Below are positions 1 to 12,100 of a stretch of 64,000 nucleotides of DNA, one piece after another. A program made the translations under genes and the position numbers. Within the stretch, counting starts at the first letter, position 1. Each line of letters begins with the position of its first letter. The DNA comes from Cenococcum geophilum (Eukaryota): NCBI GenBank assembly GCA_050273025.1, contig CP158635.1, positions 13,950,001 to 14,014,000 of the forward strand, written 5' to 3'. The notes under the pieces were generated by a model. The model had not been told where the DNA came from, searched no databases, and saw only the letters and a program-made list of their open reading frames with translations.

Positions 1-1445
1 ATGGCGCGTAGAGCTTAAAGGTACGAATTCCCGGATTAAGATATATATAGATTATAAAGCCCTAGAGTACTTTATAACTATAAAGCAGCTTACTAAATAA
101 TAGGCCTAGTGGGCCAAAATACTCTCCTAATTCTTCTTTACGATTATATATTGTTCTAGTAAGTAAAACTCTAAGGCTAATGCCTTAACCCGAAGAGAAT
201 AAAATATAGGACCCTAGGATAAGTTAAAGGCCTAATATTAGACGCGCGCCCTCTTTTATCCAGAATAGCTTGACCCGCGGATTCTTAAGGAGCTAAACTC
301 CTAGCAAAACGAGCTAGCACTAATAGAGGAGTTCTTAGATAAGCTAATAGGGCTAATTAATCGCCTCCTAACTATAAACCGTACGGCTAACGCCCTAAGG
401 GCCCTCCGCGAATAAGCCGTAAAAGGAGACCCTGATTTTAAGATGGAGGAAGGATTGCTCCTATACTAGGAGCGGCTTATAGTCCCTAATGTTAATAATC
501 TACGGACTAAACTAATCCGCGAAGCTTATTGCTAAGTCTCTACGGCATACCCTAGCAAGAATAAGACCCGTAAAATTATTAACTGCCGCTACTACTGGCC
601 GAGAATAGTTGCGGATATTGATTAATATATACGGAACTGCGAAGACTGCTAGAGAGCTATAATCCTACGGGATAAGACTCTAGGACTACTTAAGCTACTC
701 CTAATACTAGAGCGCCCTTAGCAGTATATCTTTATAGATTTTTATAAACTACCTAGGGACCGTAATAGATACGATATAGTTATGGTTATAGTTAACCGCT
801 TTAGTAAACGCCCGTTCTTAATTCCATGTTATAAGAACATTAATACTAAAGAGGCAGCCCGGCTATATATTTATTACGTCTACTAAATCTACAGACTACT
901 AGATACTATTGTGTCTAATTATAGGCTATAGTTTATATTGGCCTTCTGGAATAAGTTTACCTAAATCTTAGGCATTAAGCTAAAGCTTTCTATAGCTTAT
1001 TACCCCTAGATAGACGGTTAGATAGAGATTATAAATTAGTACTTAAACTAGAGGCTTAGGCCCTTTGTTAACTATTTCTAGGATAACTGGTCTGAACTAC
1101 TACCCTTAATAGACTACGCGCAAGTAACTTTACCCCACGACTCCACAGGGTTTACCCCGATTTAGCTAGAAATGGGATACTTACCCTATATAAGCTTTAA
1201 CTGGAAAAGGCTAGAAGAACCCTAGACTGTATAAGAGAAGCTATCCTATGCCGAGGCCTAATAGTACGCCAAACGATTGGAGGAGGCCTGGACGGTAGCC
1301 TGTAAGAACCTGGAAAAAGCTTAGAGGTTAATGGAACAGTAGGTGAATAAACACTATTAAGAGCCCGATTTTACCCCTAGTGATATGGTCTGGGTTATAA
1401 TAAGGAATTGGAAAACCGAACGACCTAGCCGTAAGCTAGACTACT
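1..1445 (+). mobile_element. pol: Ty3/Gypsy LTR retrotransposon (family G-A), pol fragment: end of RNase H region and integrase, RIP-inactivated, truncated
   Basis: Translation through RIP stops gives integrase motifs: RYYWPRIVADID.YIRNCEDC (HHCC region), IVNRFSKRPFLIPC, IVSNYR..FI.AFW, S.AYYP..DG..E, DNWSELLP..DYA and RPSRKLD. It ends abruptly at the LINE junction near 1446. Confidence 0.88.
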
Positions 1446-3550
1446 AGATCTTAGAAAAGGTAATAGCAGACCACATAGCAGACACGGCTAAGGAATACGC
1501 CTTACTACTACAGAGCTAAATAGGGGCAAGAAAGAACCGCTCAACACTATTAGCACTTACGCTACTCACTACCACCATTAAATCTGCATGGGCGATACGA
1601 AGGGACTTTGTAGTATCAATGCTCAGCCTAAATATCAGTAGCGCCTACAATAACATACCCTATAAGCGTCTCCTATATATCCTTAGGGCAAAAGGCTTTC
1701 TAGAATGGATTATATAATTTGTCCAAGGGTTTATAGGTTAGAAAGAAATATTATTAGTCTTTAGCGGATACTAGAGCCCCCCTATCGCAGTTGTAATAGG
1801 AATACTATAAGGATCACCCCTCTCGCCTATACTCTTCCTTTTCTTTATAAGTAACCTACTTAACTCCTTTAAGAAAGGGGCAACCCAGGGGATAGGCTTT
1901 GTTAACGACACAAACCTAATTATATACGGGCTATTAGCCGCAGAGAATTGCAGAATGCTAGAGAAAGCTTATAATACCTATATAGAATAGGCAAGATAAT
2001 ATAGAGTTTAATTCTTACTAGAGAAATACCAGCTAATCCATTTTATAAGAAAACGCAACCAATCTGCAAATCTCTAGCATATAATCCGCATTTAAGGCTT
2101 TGGGGGTTAACCAGTTCAGGGCCTAAGGGTATTAGAAGTATGGATAGACAGTAAGCTCTAGTGGAGCGTATATATAATATAAGCGGCCTATAAGGGCTAA
2201 GCATAGTATATTGCATTATCTAGGATTATTAATTCTATATAGGGCCCATGCTTCTAGAGGTTACGCCTACTATACATAGTAGTTGTCTGGCTAACCATAA
2301 CATATAGGTCCAGTATTTGGGCCATTAGAGAATCTAAGAAAGGCCTCCCTAAGTCACTCCTTAAACCACTCTAAAAGGTCTAAATAGCCTACCTCTAGAG
2401 TATAATAGGCGGATATAAGCAAACGGCCACAGTACTTCTTAAGAAGGAAGCTAATATTCCCCCCCTATAACTATATATTAAAGCCGCTGCAATATAAAGG
2501 GCCTAAAATAAACGCAACTCTAATATTATAAAGTATATTAAGACACGCCTAAACAAACTATGGAGGGACCCTAGGGCGCCCTATAGGAGAATAAACCAAC
2601 AACCCTAAAGTAGGGAAGATATATTAGAGAAACAGGTAAAGAAAGTAGAAGAAAAATAGTACTGCTTTAGGGCCCAGGCCTATATAGAGGAGAAAGGGAG
2701 ACGCGTAAGAGGCCAGTAAAGATAACAGTAAAAGAGAGAAAGGAGCTAAAGTAGAGCATAAAAGAATGCTAGGAAACCATCTACCGCAATATAATACTGG
2801 TTAGACTAACGCTAAAGAGGTGTATAGGAGTTAAAGGTATAGAGGCTAACTAAGGTAAGAGGAACCTAAGCCGTAGTATAGTTAACACTATAGGGGGTAA
2901 ACACTCTAGGGCTCCGAGGAGGCCTAACGAAGGCAAAAAATATAATAGCGATACTCTTAAGAATAGGAATAATAGGACTAAAAGACTGGCTCTACTGGGT
3001 AGGTATCTTAGTAGGTAGCCTAAGATGTAAATATGGCTAGCTAAGACAGACACCAAAACACGTAATACTATTATGCCCCTTACGCACTAACTAAGAAGTA
3101 ATACTTTTAGTAGCTAGTACAGAGAATTATAATACACTACTACTCTTAATATAAAAAGGCCTTAAGGCGGTTACCTAGTGGCTTATTAGCTAAAATATAC
3201 TAAACCAGTTCTGGGTTATAAGGGAAATAGTAATAGAGGGTAGGGGGGCGAGTAACGGGCGCCCCCTAATAACTCTATAGTAGTAAAGTAAAGTTTACGA
3301 TACTAGCGCGTCCATAGGCTTATTACGGCAGCAGTGGTTCCCAAGGAGGTCAAAAAGTAAGGTAGTAGGAGCACCACAGGTGACTCGCAGGCGCCTCGCA
3401 GGCGCCTCGCAGGCGAGTCCCAAAAGGCGGGGAGATGGATTACGGGGTTTTCTTAAATAGAGTTTTCTCCCCATATGTACATAAGGAGTAGTCCGCGTGG
3501 GCCCAATAGGGATCTAAATCGGACGTTAAGCAATGAATTATTATTATTAT
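1446..3550 (+). mobile_element. 5'-truncated LINE (family L-A, Tad1-like): RT domain to 3' UTR with (TTA)n tail
   Basis: RT motifs G...GSPLSPILFLFF and GFVNDTNL, plus a C-terminal C-x-C-x7-H-x4-C relic near 3025-3080. It ends AAGCAATGAATTATTATTATTAT and aligns to the copies at 10212-13238, 25231-30806 and 40199-47548. No TSD was found. Confidence 0.9.
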
Positions 3551-4448
3551 ATACTCTAATAGCTTTTTACTTTCCGGTGACTATAGTTTCTTACTATACT
3601 TATAGTATCTCTTTAGTACGTAACTTAGTCCTTTTTCTATTTCTTTATAGGTTGCTCCTACTTAGTACCATACTAACTTAGCTTATTATTACATCTTACG
3701 TTATTAAGTATCTCTAATATTAACTTAACCTATAATCTAATTAATCTTTAGATTATATTTCTGTAACTAAGGCATTCCTAATACTGCCTTATTATTTCCC
3801 AATGGTAATATATTAAAAGACATCTTAATTTATCTCCCTTTAATAGTTAGCTAAATAGGTCCTATTTTAAGATTAATAATCCCTCCTCTATAGTTTATTA
3901 GATATCCTAAAATTGTTACTAATAGGTAAGAATGCTCCTTTTTTCTATATGGTAAACCTATCCTTTTAACTACTACTAGTAAGATGTAGTTCCTTATTAC
4001 TCCACTATCTATTAATACCTTAAACTGTTAATCCTGCCACTTAATTTATAAATTTAGGTATTGTCCTTAAATTCCTTTAAGGGTCTAAGGCTCTACCACT
4101 AGCTCCCTCTGGTCCCGTAGGCCTCTACTTTTCCCAACTATTAGCTGCTTAATCCTATTTATACTTAGTCCGACTTAGGCTAATACTTAGTTCGCTTTTT
4201 ATCTTTAATATGCTATAGATACGTGTTCTCTAGGTATTTCCACCACTATCGTCTATCTAGGCATTCTTTTATAAGGAATCTTCCTAGTTAAAGTATTAAG
4301 TCGCCTAACTCCTAAACTTCTACTAGATGCCAGCTATGTATATACTTAGTATTTCTATACTTCTGCTCGTCTATTATCTAATATATTCTTATAGGATACT
4401 TATAGTGCTTATCCTTTGGTACTTTGTGTATATTACACACATTATCCA

Positions 4449-5930
4449 GTCCGTCGCCTCCCCTTTGCTCCTCCGTCCGTCGCCGCAAGGGCTCCGCCGG
4501 TTATATACCCCCTAAAGACACGTCACCACGACGCTAGCTACCACAACCAGTCTGCCACAGAGCAGACGACCTCCTCTACAACCAGTCTGCCGCAGGGCAG
4601 ACGACCTCCTCTACAACTGTCTGCCGTAGGGTAGACGACCTCTTCTATAACCAGTCTGCCGCAGGGCAGACGACCTCCTCTACAACTGTCTGCCGTAGGG
4701 TAGACGACCTCTTCTATAACCAGTCTGCCGCAGGGCAGACGACCTCCTCTATAACTGTCTGTCGCAGGGTAGACGACCTCTTCTACAACCAGTCTGCCGC
4801 AGGGCAGACGACCTCTTCTACAACTAGTCTGCCGCAGGGCAGACGACCTCTTCTACAACCAGTCTGCCGCAGGGCAGACGACCTCTTCTACAACCAGTCT
4901 GCCGTAGGGCAGACGACCTCTTCTACAACCAGTCTGCCGTAGGGCAGACGACCTCTTCTACAACCAGTCTGCCGCAGGGCAGACGACCTCTTCTATAACC
5001 AGTCTGCCGCAGGGCAGACGACCTCTTCTACAACCGTCTGCCGCAGGGCAGACGACCTCCTCTATAACTGTCTGCTATAGGGCAGACGACCTTTATAACC
5101 AGTCTGCTGCAGAGCAGACAACCTCCTACAATCAGTCTACAGCCGTTATACTATAGACGACCTCTACTGCAACCGGTCTACGGCTGTCGCGCTATAGGCA
5201 ATCAGACTATAGAGGACCGCAGGCGTACCGTAGGCGCACCGTAGGCGTACCGCAGACGATGCACTGCTAGGGTAGCTATAGTAGGGGATAGGGGAAGGGG
5301 ACTGGCCTGTGTTACCATTAGCACGTTAAATATAAGGTATATAGGCGAATTGGTGTTTATACCCTATACAGACAACCTCATAAAAATTTTCCTATGGGAG
5401 TGGGTTTACGTAACAAGGTTCGCCCTTATAAAATACCATTAGTAGGTTACTTTTAGGGAGAGTACCTACTAATTACTAATTCCCTACCCATTTCTTTAGC
5501 AAGGAGGAGGAATAGGGTATAGAATAAAACAGTTATATAGAGGTAATTAGTAGCTACTTTTAAGCTAGTAAGCTATATGGTTTCTCTTATTTTTTATATG
5601 CAAAACTACGTCAAAAATCTATCTTTTAGAGCGCTTTTTCTACTCTAGAAACGGCAGAATATGGCAGAAATATATAAAAGAGCCAGGATTTCCTTAGTGC
5701 GATTTTCTTGGTATAAACTAGACCATAGTAAGCAAAATATTAGGACAAAACACCAATAGGCTAGGAGCTCCCCCTAGTATTTAAAACGGGCCAGAGTGTC
5801 CACTTAGCTACTAGTACATGTTAAGCTGCCTAAAAAGGATTCATGTATATAGAACTATAGCGCCATAGCCTAGAGGCTGCATGCGCAGTATTGTACGTAG
5901 TATAATACGATCGGATATTTTAAAAAAAAA
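4449..5930 (+). mobile_element. Composite non-autonomous retroposon: 5' GC-rich leader + hairpin VNTR + unique region + L-C 3' tail + poly(A)
   Basis: TSD CACATTATCCA (4438-4448) / CATATTATCCA (5931-5941), with one RIP-type mismatch. 5805-5930 matches the 3' tail at about 8206-8366 and the reverse copies at 24313, 33711, 36806 and 38707. It ends in A9. Confidence 0.85.
4544..5200 (+). repeat. Tandem array of ~17 (+2 degenerate) 34-35-bp units CAACCAGTCTGCCGCAGGGCAGACGACCTCTTCTA, each with a GTCTGCC-4nt-GGCAGAC hairpin
   Basis: The period is 35 (AGTCTGCC at 4861, 4896, 4931). Units 2-7 alternate 35/34 bp, forming a 69-bp higher-order repeat. There are no spacers. Confidence 0.95.
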
Positions 5931-6220
5931 CATATTATCCACACATGCGATCTATAATAGTGTGTGATATGCTTAATGTCTTAGGTTAACTCTTAGCTTA
6001 TTTTTGTCCTTAAGTTTAAACCTTTGCTATATTAATCTAAGCGTTATAACTTTGTTCGCAGGTACTAAGATACGTCTCCCGCTTTTCTAGTCCTCTAAAC
6101 GCTCCTCTAAATCCTTTAATGTTATGATTAAGGCTCCTTTAATATGGTTTATGGCCTTTTCTATAATTAGGTAGTCTTGGATAACTTTTTCGTCCAGCTA
6201 TATATAGAAATATTTCCACA

Positions 6221-8366
6221 AAACCCTTCACCGCACATGCAACCTTACCAAAAGGTAGCGCCACACTCCAAAACTTACGCATACCCATCTTACCATCAAG
6301 AACAATCAATTTTCCAACTTTCAAGACCTAATTCCTACCGCCTAGCGAGCTAGAGGTGGATTTAGTCGTCGTCTTACCCCCTTTCCCTCAACAGAAAATT
6401 TTCCTAAGGGTGGCCCTAGCTTATAAGCGAGGCACAGACAGGAACACCAAAACTACTACTACTACCACTAATACCAAAACTACAAAATAGGGGCTAGCTT
6501 TTCTACTACCTTTTAGCCTAATTTTCCCCAGAAATCTTCTAGTAAGATTAGTAAGGAGAAAGGGTACAAGGATAGTATAAACTAGGAAACCCCCCTATAA
6601 AATGCCAAAGTCAAATAGGTAAAAAAAAAAGCCTCCTTTAGAAATAAGTGATCATCAGTCTAATATATTCACTTTTTCTCTCCCCTCTTCTTCTTCTTCT
6701 GGCCTATTTAAGGCAGGAGAAAAAAGAGGACATCCTCAGTCTTCTCCTGAAAATGAAAACCAAAACCAAAAACCTGCAAAAAAGATAACAAAACCAATAA
6801 TTACTACGGATAGTATACCTAGCATACCTTTCCCTCCCCTTTCTCCAAAACAACACCTATAAAAAGCTCTAGAAAGCCTAACTTAGGCCTATAAAGGGCT
6901 AGAAGAAGAAGAAAAAGAAGAAAAAGAACAAGTTAAATAGCTAGAGGACTACACACGGAGTATCCTAGCAGGAGAAACCCCCTTTATACAAGGAAAAGAA
7001 AAGGCAAAAGATATCCTAAGGGGACTAGTAGAAGAAGTAAGAGCTCTCTGTAAGGAGGTAGCTCCTACTAAGGAAACTTACGCAGAGAGGCTAAAGAAGG
7101 ACCTCCCTTCTTCGTCCTCCCTACCCTCCTCATTATCATCACCACCACTACCTTCTACCCCTTCTCCTTCTAGTAGGAGTTCTACTTCTACTAGAAGTAA
7201 GAAAAAGCAGCTACAAGAAAGGAAGCTAGTCCTAATTACAGACGAAAAGGACTAACCACTAAATACCTTCTCTATACGAAACAAAGTCAATTAACTATTT
7301 GTATTAAAACTGCAAGTAGAAAAGCTAGTACTAGCGTCTATAGCTAGAACCAAAGGAAAACAAAATATTCTCCTTATAACTACAGAAGAGTATAATGTGG
7401 ATTTCCTAGTTAAATATAAGGATATCTGGCGTAACTGCTTTACCTTTCAAAGAGAACAAAAACTGGAGCCCTGGGTTCAAATTATAGCCCATGGGGTTCC
7501 CACCCTACCTTTTCTAGGAGAGGGAGGCTCTAAGCTTCTAAAAGAAGAAATTGAGACCTTTAATCCTATAAAGATACAAGGGCTACCTAGATAGATCTCA
7601 TCTAGTGTAAAAAGACATGATCCGCAGACTAGATTTGGCTCTATAGTTTTTACTATAGAGAACGAGGAAAAAAGACAAGAAATCCTTAAGTAAAAAGAGA
7701 TCTCAATTGCAGGTACAGCTACTAAGGTAGTAAAATACCTCAAAGTCTCTCCTACTACGCAGTGCACTAGCTGCCAAAAATTTGGCCATATAGGAGACAG
7801 ATGCTCTACTAGAGCCTGTAGATTCTGTGCGGCTGCACATTTATCTAAAGACCACTGCTGTCCTACCTGTTTAATATTAGGCAGGCCTTGCAAGCACACT
7901 ACCCCTCTTTGCATTAATTGTAAGGAAGAACACTTTGCTAATAGTAAAGACTGCGAGAATCTTAGAGCAGCTAAACTAGTACATGAATAAAACAGATAGG
8001 ATTCTAGAAGGGGGTAACCCCTACTAGGCTCTTGGAAAAGATAATAGAGAGCAAAAGAAAAGAAATAAATTACAAAAGGACAGGGACAGGCGTTAGGATT
8101 TCCTATAGTTTTTTCCTACAGTTTTCTTATTCCCTAGTAGTTGTAGCAACTTAGTATCTTACTAAGGAGCTATAAACCCTTAGGGGTTTATAAACTATTA
8201 GGACATAGCTACTAGTACAGGTTAAGCTGCCTAGAAAGGATTCATGTATATAGAACTATAGCGCCATAGCCCAGAGGCTGCATGCGCAGTATTGTACGTA
8301 GTATAATACAACGGATATAAAAAAAAATAAAAATAAAAATAAAAAAAAAAAAAAAAAAAAAAAAAA
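6221..8366 (+). mobile_element. ORF1-only 'half-LINE' of family L-C (variant A), ~2.15 kb, long poly(A)
   Basis: It carries one gag-like frame, followed by a short 3' UTR shared with the L-C ORF2 3' fragments and a ~50-nt A-rich tail. A near-identical inverted copy lies at 33711-35824. Confidence 0.88.
6281..7990 (+). pseudogene. LINE ORF1 (gag-like nucleic-acid-binding protein with Cys/His knuckles), RIP stops
   Basis: The C-terminus reads QCTSCQKFGHIGDRCSTRACRFCAAAHLSKDHCCPTC..PCKHTTPLCINCKEEHFANSKDCENL..VHE*. The start is inferred from an in-frame ATA at 6281 (RIP of ATG) or the ATG at 6602. Confidence 0.75.
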
Positions 8367-9118
8367 GTAAGTCAAGCAGCCTTAATAAAAACCTTAGCCT
8401 ATGGCCAAAACCTAGTGGGAATAAAAGGTCCAATTAGGAAGGAAAAGAGTGTCTGCTAATTGATTTTGTTTATCAATTTTGTTTATCGATTTTATTTATC
8501 CATTGGTAGCAAGTTTATCTGCCTGACCAAATTCTTAAAAGTAGGTCTACTTAGTGCTTTGGTAAGCATATTAGCTAGCTATTCTTTCGTACTTATATGG
8601 CTTAGCTGTATTGTATTATTTGTTACGTGTTCTCGCACAAAGTGGTATTATATATTAATATGCTTGGTCTTAGCATAATGTTCTAGATTATTCGCCAATT
8701 CAATTGCTAATAGGCTGTCTGTGAACAAATAGAATTTTTCTTTATTTTCTATATTAAGCTGTTTAATAACGCTTATTAAATATAGATATTCCTTTACAGC
8801 CTCTTTTAGGGCCATATATTCAGCTTCACAGCTAAATAAAGCAACTGTTTTTTATAATTAACTTGCCTAGCTTATAGGGCTTCTACCAAATAAGAAGTAG
8901 TATGCGCTAGTTAATTTTCGACCTATTATATCACCCCCCCAATCTAAATCGCAGTAACCTAAAATATAAGGTTCTGATTGTCCAGAATAGGTAATTCCTA
9001 AGGTAGGGGTGTAATTTAGGTATTTCCAAATTTGATTTAGTGCCTGGTAATGTATTTTATTTAGATTTAATATAAATCTAGCACAGGTATTTACGTTATA
9101 GGCTATATCAGGCCTAGT

Positions 9119-12100
9119 GAAGGAACACTAAAAGCGAGATCCGACCCATACTGTCCTATGGGGGTTCCTTTCCGTCTTATCTTGTCTGTACGGTCAAGCT
9201 AAGAGTAAGGATCTCGTCTGTTACTAATGCAGCGGCGTTACGTCGTGGCTAGAGGGCGCTTTTGAATGCGTCGTCCTTGACGCCGTTAGAACAGCAGAGT
9301 TTTCGCGGGTCTTGGCGCTCGTTAACAACATAAGGCAACTTATTAAGAATAGAGGAATGGTCTTAAAAACTACCCGACGTCTCTCTACCTAGGCGCCGAC
9401 CTAGGGCCACAAGCCAGCGCTTGCATTTGCTGGTGGAAGCGATAGGAATCTAAGGAGACGACAGGGCACCTCTATACTTGTTCCGCTCTAAGACTATACC
9501 TATAGCGAGGGCATAGGAAGAATCTCAACACCGTTAACCACATTTAGCGACGTTAATCCTCCCTTTCTACGCAGCGGCGTTAACCTTTCTTTAGGCGGCG
9601 ACGTTAATCTAGAACGGACTAAGAAAGAGCTAGGGGCACCCTTCTCTAGGCGGCGACGTTAATCCGGAACGGACTAAGAAAGAGCTAGGACGAACCTGTA
9701 TAGGCAGGCTGGAACGGACTTAGATATAGGTATTGGTTAAGATGGGAGGACAACAAGTTTGGTTAGTAGGCGGCTGAGGGACAGTAGCTGCGCGGCGTCG
9801 AGTTATCATGGGCCCACGCCTGCAAGACACGGTCGGCCTGTCGTCGTGAGAGCGTCACAGGTAACGCGAAGCAGCCAACGGCTGTGGGGCGTGGTATATA
9901 ATGGCAGCGACGGACGACTCTAGGAACCTTACCCCTTTACTGGGCTCTAACTCCTAGTGGACCTGTCTCGGAGGAAGGATCAATACCTTGTCGACGACAC
10001 TGTCTATATAGCCCGAAAGGACGGATGCGCGTGTCGGTCTATTTAGGCAGGGGCAGGCTATAAGGATAGGCTTATGGAGCAAATCAGGTGCATATGGGTA
10101 GGAGCTGGCTTTGTCCACCAGCTGCTGCGTTAACCGTGGCAAGGAACTAGGCAAGCAGTTTAGGTAAACTTGCTATATATAGTAGTTCTACAATGCATAT
10201 ATATTCTAGGCAACTAAATAGAAAAAGATACGTAATAAGGAAGCTTAAGATAGACAGTTTCCTTAATATAGTTAAATAACAACTCTAAGACCTAGAAGAA
10301 ATCCACTTAATACTAAACAAGCGAGGCCTATTAACTACCCCCGAGGAAATTGATTGAAGACTAGAAAGGATTTAGGCAGCAATTAAAAATGGGCTAGAAA
10401 AGCACTGCCCAATCTTAAAACTGGGCCCCTATACGTAACACGTATAGTCTATATAATGCGCAGTTCTGGTTGCCAGCTAATGATAAGTAAGAAGGAAATA
10501 TATAAGTAGCCACGACCCTAAAGACGAGAGACGATATAAAGATATAAGAAACCAGCTAAAGAATACCCTAAAAAAAGAAGTAAGGAATAACTGGAGACGG
10601 TTTATAAATAAGCATACTTCTAACCTAAGCCTCCCCTATAACAAGGGCCTTTGGGATATAGCAAAATGGGTAAAGAAAAAGGTAGAGCGCCTAGTAGAAG
10701 ACCTATACCTACCACCCCTACGAAGAGCAGGAGAATTATAGGCTACAAATAATAATAATAAAAAGGCAAAGATCCTTATAGAAAGGTTCTTCCCCTAACT
10801 AGCTCTAGCAGACCTTAGTAATATTATAGGCGAAACACCGGTGACTTGCCTATAGGTTAACAGCGACATAATAATAGAGGAAATAGCTAGAACTATTAGC
10901 CGCCTTTTAAATAATATAGCACTAGGACTAGATAGGATTCCAAATAAGGCCCTAAAAACCTATGGGCCACTTATAGCACCTTAGCTTATAAATATAGCTA
11001 GAGCATACTTTACTATAGGCTACTACCCATAACTCGGAAGATCTATAACGACGGTTGTTCTATAAAAAGAAGGTAAAGTAGATTACTTAATCTTAGGAAG
11101 CTACCGCCCTATTGCCTTAAAAAACACCCTTAGTAAGATCTTAGAAAGGGTAATAGCGGAACGCATAGTAGACACGGTAGAGAAATACGCCTTACTACTA
11201 TAAAGCTAAATAGGGGCAAGAAAGAACCGCTTAACACTATTAGCACTTACGCTACTCGCTACCACTATTAAATCTGTATAGGCGATGCGAAAGGACTTTA
11301 TAGTATTAATAATTAGCCTAGATATTAGTAGTACCTATAATAATATACCCCACGAGCGTCTCCTGTATATCCTTAGGGTAAAGGGCTTCCTAGAATAGAT
11401 TATATAATTTGTCTAAGGGTTTATAGGCTAAAAAGAAATATTACTAGTCTTTAGCGGATACTAGAGCCCCCCTATTGCAGTTACAATAGGAATACCACAA
11501 AAATTACCCCTCTCGCCTATACTCTTCCTTTTCTTTATAAGCAACCTACTTAACTCTTTTAAGGAAGGGGCGACCTAGGGGATAGGCTTTGTTAATAATA
11601 TAAACCTAATTATATATGGGCTAATAGCCATAGAGAACTACAGAATACTAAAGAAAGCCTATAATACTTATATAGAGTAGGTAAAATGTTATAGAGTCTA
11701 ATTCTTACTAGAGAAATACTAGCTAATCTATTTTATAAGAAAACGCAACTAATCTGTAGATCTCTAGCATATAATTTATATTTAAGGCTTTAGGGGTTAA
11801 CTAGTTTAGGGCCTAAGGGTATTAGGAGTATGGGTAGACAGTAAGCTCTAGTAGAGCGTATACGCGGCGTAAGCGGCCTATAAAGGCTAAGTATAGTTTA
11901 TCGCTTTATTTAGGATTATTAATTTTATATAGGGTCCATGCTGCTAGAGGTTATGCCTACTATATACAGCAGTCGTCCGGCCAACTATAATATATAGATT
12001 TAGTATCTGGGCCATTAGAGAAACTAAGAAGGGCCCCCTAAAATTACTCCTTAAACTACTTTAAAAGGTCTAAATAGCCTACCTTTAGAGTATTACAGGC

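Larger units (their letters stand above)
3551..6220 (-). mobile_element. Fragment of a Gypsy related to the chromovirus G-B (gag extension/protease region), split by the insertion at 4449-5930
   Basis: The reverse complement of 3551-4448 and 5931-6220 aligns to about 53410-54580 of the full element. Removing the insert restores the reading frame H-T-L-L-*-I-A-C-V-D-N-V-C-N-I-H-K-V-P-K. Confidence 0.85.

Noticed and set aside
2850..3056. Recurrent hydrophobic 61-68 aa ORF (also 12561, 30135, 46874) as a small membrane protein or toxin
   Set aside because: It is antisense to the purine-rich L-A ORF2 C-terminus, recurs only because the LINE is repeated, and starts at a non-ATG codon.
3386..3416. 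11-bp CGCAGGCGCCT repeat in the L-A 3' UTR as the source of the 11-bp repeat at 5217-5255
   Set aside because: Only an 8-nt core (CGCAGGCG) is shared and the flanks do not align, which is insufficient evidence.
4544..5200. CRISPR array (35-bp palindromic repeats)
   Set aside because: The units are contiguous with no unique spacers, there are no cas genes, and the context is a eukaryotic RIP region.
7477..7914. Cys-containing 92-145 aa ORFs (also 21713, 34147) as secreted effectors
   Set aside because: They are antisense shadows of the L-C ORF1 zinc-knuckle region.
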